Shown: in pieces, positions 61,719 through 64,000 of the stretch
How the letters are laid out: every line of letters starts with the position of its first letter
Position numbering within the stretch: the first letter of the stretch is position 1
Assembly: GCA_030704615.1 (NCBI GenBank)
Contig: CM060732.1
Coordinates: 10,974,001-11,038,000, forward strand
From: Takakia lepidozioides
Taxonomy: Eukaryota > Plantae > Bryophyta
Direction: 5' to 3'
Length of the DNA stretch: 64,000 nt
The notes under the pieces: model-generated
Seen by the model: the letters and a program-made list of their open reading frames with translations, nothing else
The model's database searches: none
Told to the model about the DNA's origin: nothing
Position numbers and translations under genes: made by a program

Positions 61719-63901
61719 TCAAGGCAAAGGAACTGTCCCTTCCTTTTTTTCCTTTAAGAACTTCTCCAGCACAAAGAGGACGGTCGTGGAACCCATATTT
61801 GCGTACTCAGCCAAGACGCTCCTGCCAAAAATGGGCTTGGAATCAGTAATGAGTCAGTTATCGAACTAAAGGGGTGGACGTTTTACTCTTCAGGACTTCT
61901 TTAAGCTTCCAAGACCCAGCTTGTTGTTGGATACTACAAGGGCTCTCCGGTGGAGAAACTCGACATACCGACTTGAGGGTCCATGGCCATCCAAGAACAC
62001 GTTTGAATGGAAGCAAAGTGTTATCAGTGCGCTTTATCCGACAAGAAACGTTTTAGTTGACACACGGCTTTTCATATCAGAGTCCTTGCAATTCAAATTC
62101 TGCCACAGAATGTGGATTTCACTATCCGTATACGAGTGGCATTCCTGAAACGTGTCATGTACGCTGGGTGATTTGAGTAACGTTTGAAGACGTGCTATGC
62201 TGAAGCCGGTGAGGCTTTAACCCACAATTTTTCTCAACTGCATCGAGAATTGGCTTTCCTCCTGGGTGCAGTGCCCAGCCCACTGAATGGTAGTCCAAAT
62301 CACTGCCTTCCAGAAGGTCAGTGACAAAAGGTCCTGCATGTTCACCGACAAGCTTCGGGACACTCTTTTCTATGTTAGCATCAAGCCCAGATTGAGTGAT
62401 GAGGGCTGTGATGCACATGACAGAGTCAGGAATGACCAATGACGTGCACCGATGGATCTCAAATAGGGGTCTTTCATTTTTTGTTGGTTGGCCAATCACC
62501 ACAGCACCTGCTCCGTCACCAAAGATCGTCGCTGTTACTACGTTGTTCAGACGAGTGTATTCTGGATCAATGTTCTGGATTTGGCAGGAGTTCATTTCAA
62601 TACAAACAACTAGAATTCGGTTGGCTGGATTTCCCTGCGCAATCTCACAGGCTGTCCGCAGGCCAACCATGCCTGCATGGCAGCCCAAGAACGACACCGA
62701 GTGGTGTTTGGTGGTTTTGGGAAGGTTGAGTGCTTTGAGGAGCCGCATGTCGACAGCCGGTAGCAGCATGCCAGTGGTAGAGAAGGTGATCAAGTGGGTG
62801 ATATCAGCTCTATCGCCTCCCCACTCTGCTAAAGCTCGCGTTGCAGCCAGCTCCGCAATGCGCATCCCCTCTGGCGCAAATAAAGAAAATCGGTCATTCA
62901 ATGATGCCTCCCCAAATGTATAGATGTTTGGGTACTTTTGAATGTCGGAAGAGGTCAGTCCTGAATACTTCCTTGTTATGCCAGAGATCTTGCCTGCACA
63001 TCAAATTGCCAATCCAAAGTTCAAAGCGTGAGGATTACCTGTGCCTTCTATATGCAGTGCAGGACTATACAGTGTGACATTGTCCAGCAAGCATTATACC
63101 ATAATATAATGAACAAGTTCCTGAGAACAGATTCAACAAGGGAAATGATCACTAACATGAACAAAATTATGACTATGACATCATAGTTCCTACAGCACAC
63201 AAGCTCAATACTATCAAGAAGCTACTGGGTCCAGCTTCGTGATTCTTCTCGGAAATGGGTTCTACTCTCGTCAGACTGTACATTTGTACAGGTGCTTTGC
63301 CCAATGAACCTGCTTGCTCATCTGAAGTCAATATCAATTGAAGTACATATCCTGGAAAAATGAAGTAAATAAACCCTCCACCTTGCTAATGTGGAGGAAT
63401 TCATGAACACTACAAATCGTTAGAAGAAAAATTCTGGAGGTTTGGCTACTTGATATGGACCAGATCGAGTAGAATGTTCCACAGATACTGACATATGCGC
63501 TCTATGAAGTATTGAGCTTCTGGGGGGATTTTGAATTGTTCAACTTTGAAAAGCTGAGAAAAGTCTTTCATCTCGAAGAGGTGGTCGGGGTTGGCTGTTG
63601 CCAGTCCCAGAATACAGGGCCATCTTGGTTCCGCCCTCTCTGAAATTGCAACCTCAGACGAAACCGCGTAGTGTGCAGAGATCTCCCCTGCAGCGCCGTC
63701 ACTATTTTTCCTGTTGATATCTGCTAGAGCATCTGTTGATTCAGTTTCAATTGTCGAAAAATCGCGGTGTCCATAATCATTCGAGTTGGACAACAGCTTC
63801 TGACCTTCTGTCGGATTCACTTCTGAAGATCCAATCCCGCGTGCATGCCCACTAATGGCACTGACCTGCTTCAAGGGCTCTAATGTAGCAGCATCCGTCA
63901 T
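61719..63901 (-). CDS. ORS: Type III polyketide synthase, ORS (2'-oxoalkylresorcinol synthase)-like; C-terminus apparently truncated
   Basis: Exons ~63901-63493, 62993-~62192 and 61821-61719. Canonical intron inside the Cys codon; catalytic C (FLGCHAG), H (LHPGG) and N (YANMG). Motifs such as QNIDP..TRLNN and [10 protein letters not shown] recall moss ORS. No GFGPG. True start could be further upstream. Confidence 0.8.
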
Positions 63902-64000
63902 CTTGGAGAATACCGATGCACCTGCAGAGAACAAGCTGTCCAGAAACGCAGCTTCCAAACTGCAGTGCACTACTCATACTGCAGGCGTTCCTCGTGGGCT

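Overview
Nuclear DNA of a non-seed land plant, most likely a moss. This is inferred from an ORS-type type III PKS, a single-exon PLS-DYW PPR gene and GT-AG spliceosomal introns. The window has two parts. (1) About 1-31.5 kb is a nest of transposons. It holds a complete non-autonomous Pack-CACTA (767-5148; 24-bp TIRs, AAT TSD), a second CACTA-type remnant, short Helitrons, a hAT MITE, an RNase H + restriction-like-endonuclease (Dualen/RandI-like) LINE fragment and a near-intact APE-RT LINE. Both LINEs abut (GA)n/(TC)n tracts. Three cargo clusters (about 1.7-4.2, 12.5-17.7 and 23.1-24.2 kb) repeatedly join pieces of PLS-class PPR genes to exons and introns of a gene with OSB/PTAC9-type 'PDF' ssDNA-binding motifs; one open chimeric ORF results (14684-15499). 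This PPR-PDF shuffling is the most unusual feature. (2) About 34.5-64 kb is gene-rich: an intact SWEET transporter in an AT-rich island, a PLS-DYW editing factor, ATP12, an SDR, cytosolic HisRS head-to-head with an uncharacterised gene, and an ORS-like PKS that appears to have lost its C-terminus. All family assignments come from motif recognition by eye; no database search was run.
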